Assembly: GCA_002269645.1 (NCBI GenBank)
Contig: NIVC01003520.1
Span: 1 to 64,000, forward strand
DNA length: 64,000 nucleotides
Direction of reading: 5' to 3'
From: Macrostomum lignano
Taxonomy: Eukaryota
In this document: positions 59,101 through 64,000 of the stretch, piece by piece
How positions within the stretch are numbered: position 1 is the stretch's first letter
Layout: the number at the start of each line of letters is the position of its first letter
Made by a program: the position numbers and the translations under genes
The notes under the pieces: generated by a model
The model's database searches: none
Told to the model about the DNA's origin: nothing
The model's input: only the letters and a program-made list of their open reading frames with translations

Positions 59101-61947
59101 TGGGGGTTGGCCATCATGGCTGTGAATCGCACGAACAACCCCAGGCTAATTTTCGTGCACACGGGCCCCAAATGAATGTGGCCGCGCACGGAATTGAACC
59201 AATGATCAGACGCGTTTACGGCTGAGATCTCAGCCCCCGATGCGTCATCAGTCATCTAAGGCTTACAGAACGTCAGCTTGATTGGCTTTATTGTCGTCTA
59301 TCCCGTTGAAAACTTTAACGTGACCAAAATCGCTAGAGTCATTGCAAATACCTTACTAGTGACTCTTGGGGCAACTCTGCGAATTTTAACGACTCAAACA
59401 ACTGAAATGAAATTCACGTGAGTTGTAGAATCGCAAAATAGTAGCGAAAAAGTCACCCAAAAGTCGTTGTGTTAGCGCTTAGCTTTCCAATAAAACCGCA
59501 TCAGATACGTCTCTACAGCGCCAGAGTCGTTTCAGAGTCGCAGACAATAAACCGCCTCAGATACGATTCTACAGCGCCAGAGTCGTTTCAGAGTCGCAGA
59601 CAATAAACCGCCTCAGATACGATTCTACAGCGCCAGAGTCGTTTCAGAGTCGCAGACAATAAACCGCCTCAGATACGATTCTACAGCGCCAGAGTCGTTT
59701 CAGCATCGCAGACAATAAACCGCCTCAGATTGACTCTACAGCGCCAGAGTCATTTCAGAGTCGCAGACAATAAACCGCCTCAGATACGACTCTACAGCGC
59801 CAGAGTCGTTTCAGAGTCGCAGACAATAAACCGCCTCAGATACGTCTCTACAGCGCCAGAGTCGTTTCAGAGTCGCAGACAATAAACCGCCTCAGATACG
59901 AGTCTACAGCACCAGAGTCGTTTCAGAGTCGCAGACAATAAACCGCCTCAGATACGTCTCTACAGCGCCAGAGTCGTTTCAGAGTCGCAGACAATAAACC
60001 GCCTCAGATACGACTCTACAGCGCCAGAGTCATTTCAGAGTCGCAGACAATAAACCGCCTCAGATACGACTCTACAGCGCCAGAGTCATTTCAGAGTCGC
60101 AGACAATAAACCGCCTCAGATACGACTCTACAGCACCAGAGTCGTTTCAGAGTCGCAGACAATAAACCGCCTCAGATACGACTCTACAGCACCAGAGTCG
60201 TTTCAGAGTCGCAGACAATAAACCGCCTCAGATACGAGTCTACAGCACCAGAGTCGTTTCAGAGTCGCAGACAATAAACCGCCTCAGATTGACTCTACAG
60301 CGCCAGAGTCGTTTCAGTGTCGCAGACAATAAACCGCCTCAGATACGAGTCTACAGCACCAGAGTCGTTTCAGAGTCGCAGACAATAAACCGCCTCAGAT
60401 TGACTCTACAGCACCAGAGTCGTTTCAGTGTCGCAGACAATAAACCGCCTCAGATTGACTCTTAAGCGACTCTTTGCCGACTTTTTGGCGGCTTTTACCG
60501 TGACATCTCGTCGTTTTAGAATCGTCTAGAGTCTTTTTTTCCTATTTTACCTGTGTTACATGCACCGACCCTGGGGCTACGCAAGTGACTTTGAGACGCC
60601 TCTGGCCCGCAGGTTGTCGCCGCACTCCCAGACTGCGCCTATCGCCAGCCGGCCCTGCTAGAGCTCTGCCTTCGAATCATTGAACTATCACTGCGCGCCT
60701 CCGAGTCCTACTGGGAGCGGCAGATTGCTCTGGCCTGTCTAGATGGCCGGCATCAGGTGGAGCAGCTTCACCAGCAGCAGATGCTTCAACAACAGCAGCT
60801 GCAGCAGCAGCACCCGGACAAAGGCTCGCCTTGTCAGCCGCTCCGTCGGAGCCTGCTAGCTACTCAGGCCGCTTGCACAGTTCAGCTACTGCTGGAGCGA
60901 TGCCTGGACTCGCCCAGACACGTTCGTCGTATTCTGGCCACCTTTGTTCATTCGTTGTTCATATCGGATCGGGAGCGAGCCCTGTGCCAGGTGGTTCACT
61001 GGCAGTGCTATCCGCTCCGGCTGGTTCCATTCACCGCCTGCGCCATACCATCCATGCATATTTGCCTGGATTTCATACTGGACCATTTGGCTTTTAATGC
61101 CGATCCGGCTGCTAGGATTTTCAATATCAATCTAATGGGATTTCTGGCTGGCCAGTACAGAATTCAGGCTGCGCTGGATAAGGCGGCTACCGTAATAGAG
61201 AGCCTTACTGTGCTGTCTAATCAGGTGAATACAGATGAATTGCTCCATAATCTGGCCACCCAAGCCAGCTATGACCCTCCATGATCTGGCCACCCAAACC
61301 AGCTATGACCCTCCATGATCTGGCCACTCAAACCAGCTATGACCCTCCATGATCTGGCCACTTGAACCAGCTATGACCCTCCATGGTCTGGCCACTCAAA
61401 CCAGCTATGACCCTTCATGATCTATCTGCTTAAACCAGCTATGACCCTCCATGATCTGGCCACCCAAACCAGCTATGACCCTTCCATGATCTGGCCACCC
61501 AAACCAGCTATGACCCTTTCATGATCTGGCCACCCAAACCAGCCACACCCCAGCTATGAGCTGCCCACAGAATTTCTTCTATACACCAATACTTTTGCAA
61601 TCGCCAACTCCCAGGTTCACTCGTTGGATGAAAAGGCTGATTTTGCCATTCAATGCATGGCAGCGGTGCTCAACATGTGCAAAGCGTTCCCCAAACTGGC
61701 TAGGCCAGCTTCTCAATACCTGCTCGGCCTAATGTACCAGTGTCGCGTCACCTTGGCAACGCTGAAATCGCCGGTGCCCGTAGAATTTCGACTGCCCCCG
61801 GAAACCGTGGCTCGCTATCGTCGCGATCTACAGAGCCTGACCCTGCCCCAGCGGTATCAGCTGTGCTATGTTCTGGCCGAGTCTACCCTGGATGCTATTG
61901 TACGGCGAACCCTGGTGCCCAGGACTCTGTACTTTTCACCGGAGTGA
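53179..61947 (+). CDS. INTS2: Integrator complex subunit 2. Exons 53179-53657, 54538-55534, 56273-56626, 56998-57522, 58464-58868, 60613-61224, 61615-61947; about 1234 aa
   Basis: EVLLLCASHLHS, HAVRVEVTPGLTSTTEGHLPAHCVLQLLQMRSFAKYKADVTGWVLRQ, LTPQLLMLYYVL, LLATQAACTVQLLLERCL and VVHWQCYPLRLVPFTACAIPSMHICLDFI match INTS2 motifs as recalled. Phases are consistent; the exon 2 boundaries are the least certain. Confidence 0.92.
53795..54450. repeat. 23-bp minisatellite (attgattatccttgccaatcatc), INTS2 intron 1
   Basis: Direct tandem repeat. Confidence 0.95.
55690..55980. repeat. GA-rich low-complexity tract, INTS2 intron 2
   Basis: Purine-rich run. Confidence 0.85.
56725..56960. repeat. 30-bp minisatellite (ttagtttggtgagatttcgattgagagtgc), INTS2 intron 3
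   Basis: Degenerate tandem repeat. Confidence 0.9.
57585..58392. repeat. 25-bp minisatellite (tcattcggtgactgcccccatccgg), INTS2 intron 4
   Basis: Direct tandem repeat. Confidence 0.97.
59495..60460. repeat. 56-bp minisatellite, INTS2 intron 5
   Basis: Unit cagagtcgtttcagagtcgcagacaataaaccgcctcagatacgactctacagcgc. Confidence 0.97.
61245..61560. repeat. 34-bp minisatellite (atgatctggccacccaaaccagctatgaccctcc), INTS2 intron 6
   Basis: Direct tandem repeat. Confidence 0.95.
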
Positions 61948-62024
61948 CACTGATCTGCGGGGATTGAAGTACGGCAGGCGTGCACAGGCCACACCCCCTG
62001 TTTCTCCAGTAGCCCGCTGCTGCC

Positions 62025-62445
62025 ATCTGATCCTTCAGTAAACCGCTGCTGCCCTCTGACACTTCAGTAGATCGCTGCTGCCCTCTGATCCTTCAGTAGA
62101 CCGCTGCTACCCTCTGATCCTTCAGTAGACCGCTGCTACCCTCTGATCCTTCAGTAGACCGCTGCTACCATCTGATCCTTCAGTAGACCGCTGCTACCAT
62201 CTGATCCTTCAGTAGACCGCTGCTACCCTCTGATCCTTCAGTAGACCGCTGCTACCCTCTGATCCTTCAATAGACCGCTGGTGCCCTCTGCCTGATCCTC
62301 AGTAGACCGCTGGTGCCCTCTGCCTGATCCTCAGTAGACCGCTGCTGCCCTCTGCCTGATCCTCAGTAGACCGCTGCTGCCCTCTGCCTGATCCTCAGTA
62401 GACCGCTGCTGCCCTGTGTCTGATCCTCAGTCGACTGCTCCTACC
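62025..62445. repeat. 29-32-bp minisatellite (tagaccgctgctaccctctgatccttcag) downstream of the INTS2 stop
   Basis: Direct tandem repeat. Confidence 0.94.
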
Positions 62446-63061
62446 CTCCCTGTTTACTTTATCTTATACTTTACTGACAATTCTGCTCTTGTTAGTACGA
62501 GTGTAAGTTTTCAATGCATTTTATAGCCAAAATTATCAATTGAACACATACTACAGTTACCTGTTGCCATGGGCGAATTAATCCTCGATATGTGTACAGC
62601 ATGATGTCGCCAATTACCCGCCCGTACTAACACATATGCTCGTACTGTCTGTCGTACATCAAATTACTTACCTGTTCAGCGCTACTTCATATACTAAAGT
62701 TTGTGGTTAAATCGTTTCTTATTTTTTCTTTAGGAAGAAAAATACACTCAGCTGCAATCATGCTACTGTAAGCAGCCTCGCCGACTTTTCTGTTATTTTT
62801 TGTTTGTTTAAACCACAGGACCTTGCAGTTAGGGTTTTAGATTGTGTTATATTCATAGATGCAGTGTTATTAGTTTCTAGTCTGTAATTCAAAGCTTGGT
62901 TATGCACACTTTGTGTGCCTTGGAACTGCACGAGCCCAGAAAGCAGAGTGTACATACCTGATGATGATGAGCGAGTCACTGTACATCCCGAGTGAGCCCT
63001 TTGCGGCCACTCTTGGCTGGCAGGAGGTGCACTTTATTATTTTTAGAAGCTCATATTAGGT

Positions 63062-63465
63062 CAGGGGTCGGAAAACTCCGGCCCGCAGGCCACATGCGGC
63101 CCGCAAAGCCTCTCTATCCGACCATCGGATCCTTCGAAACTTCACAATAGCAATCCTGTCCGCTTAAGGCTTGTGTCTCTTCTCAGCTCTCTTCTCTGCC
63201 CTCCTCTCTTTATCTTCTTTCCTCTTCTCTATTCACTCTCCTCTCGCCCCTCTTCTCTCCTGTCCTCTCCTCTCCTCTCTTTCCTCTCCCTTCTCTCACA
63301 TCCTCTCTTATCTCTTCTCTGATTCTATCTCCCATCTCCTCTCTTCTCCTCTGTCTCTTATCTCTAATCTTCTATTTCTCTCGCCTTTCCTTTCTTATCT
63401 GGCTCACAGCCATGATCTGAATTCTTTATCTGGTCCTTGAGATAAAACAGTTTGCAGAACCATAC
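63062..63465. mobile_element. hAT/Charlie-like MITE remnant with a CT-rich interior
   Basis: CAGGGGTCGGAAAACTCCGGCCCGCAGGCCACATGCGGCCCGC resembles a Charlie-type terminus; only a degenerate right TIR (agtttgcagaacca, about 63449-63463). Confidence 0.55.
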
Positions 63466-63562
63466 AGAATCTCATATTAGGTGATGCAGAAGCTCATGCA
63501 TATACCAGAATCCTATCCGAGCGCAAAAGTCGCAGCCCAGACCGCACCGACCCCAACTCTTC

Positions 63563-64000
63563 ATGTCCGCTCCCCAGTCTTTGGTGTCGCGCAAGCGGCG
63601 CGAGTTCATCGGCATGCCGGCGCCGCCCGGCTACGTGCCCGGAGTTGGCCGCGGCGCCACCGGCTTCACCACCCGGTCGGACATTGGGCCGGCCCGCGAG
63701 GCCGACGACGCCCCGGACGAGCGGCATATGCCGCCGCCTAAAAAGCCGGCGCACGACGACGACGAGAAAGGCGAAGACGAGAATCTTAACGACGCCAACT
63801 ACGACGAGTTCAGCGGCTACGGCGGCTCCCTGTGCACCAGGGATCCGTATGAGAAGGACGACGAGGAAGCGGACCGGATCTACTCGAGCGTAGACGATCG
63901 AATGGACGAGCGCCGGAGGGAGCACCGGGAGCGCCGGTTTCGCGAAGAGATGGAAAAATTTCGCAAGGAGCGACCGAAAATTCAGCAACAGTTTGTCGAT
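63563..64000 (+). CDS. PRPF6: Pre-mRNA-processing factor 6, 5' part; runs off the window
   Basis: [46 protein letters not shown]...[18 protein letters not shown]...[41 protein letters not shown]. Open to the window end; absent from the ORF track because there is no stop. Confidence 0.98.
   Translation, partial: MSAPQSLVSRKRREFIGMPAPPGYVPGVGRGATGFTTRSDIGPAREADDAPDERHMPPPKKPAHDDDEKGEDENLNDANYDEFSGYGGSLCTRDPYEKDDEEADRIYSSVDDRMDERRREHRERRFREEMEKFRKERPKIQQQFVD

Noticed and set aside
58930-59260. GC-richer stretch in INTS2 intron 5 as a nested gene or transposon fragment
   Set aside because: Only a 65-aa ORF with no recognisable motif or terminal repeats.
63494-63988. 164-aa minus ORF and other plus ORFs at the window end
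   Set aside because: Shadows of the PRPF6 frame starting at 63563.

Overview
Animal (metazoan) genomic DNA with GT-AG/GC-AG introns, GC-rich exons and AT-rich spacers. Almost every sizeable intron is filled by its own micro- or minisatellite, a style that resembles the flatworm Macrostomum lignano (inference from sequence style only). Hand-spliced gene models: AP-1 sigma subunit (minus; two alternative 45-bp last exons and one GC-AG intron), a triple-LOTUS + Tudor gene, MCM2, a secreted FAMeT-domain protein, three related orphan small secreted proteins (34.7-41.1 kb), NAA50, INTS2 and the 5' end of PRPF6. Mobile DNA: a decayed Ngaro/DIRS-type retroelement lacking its tyrosine recombinase and lying inside a 48-bp satellite, a full-length but inactivated RTE-clade LINE with an 11-bp TSD, a tRNA-derived CORE-like SINE, and Harbinger- and hAT-like MITEs. 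The best candidate novelty is the orphan secreted family: two copies have a first coding exon that supplies only ATG, and the third lacks an obvious one of its own. Two co-oriented housekeeping runs could be SL-trans-spliced operons. Most long ORFs in the supplied track are repeat artefacts. All domain names come from motif recognition, not database searches.
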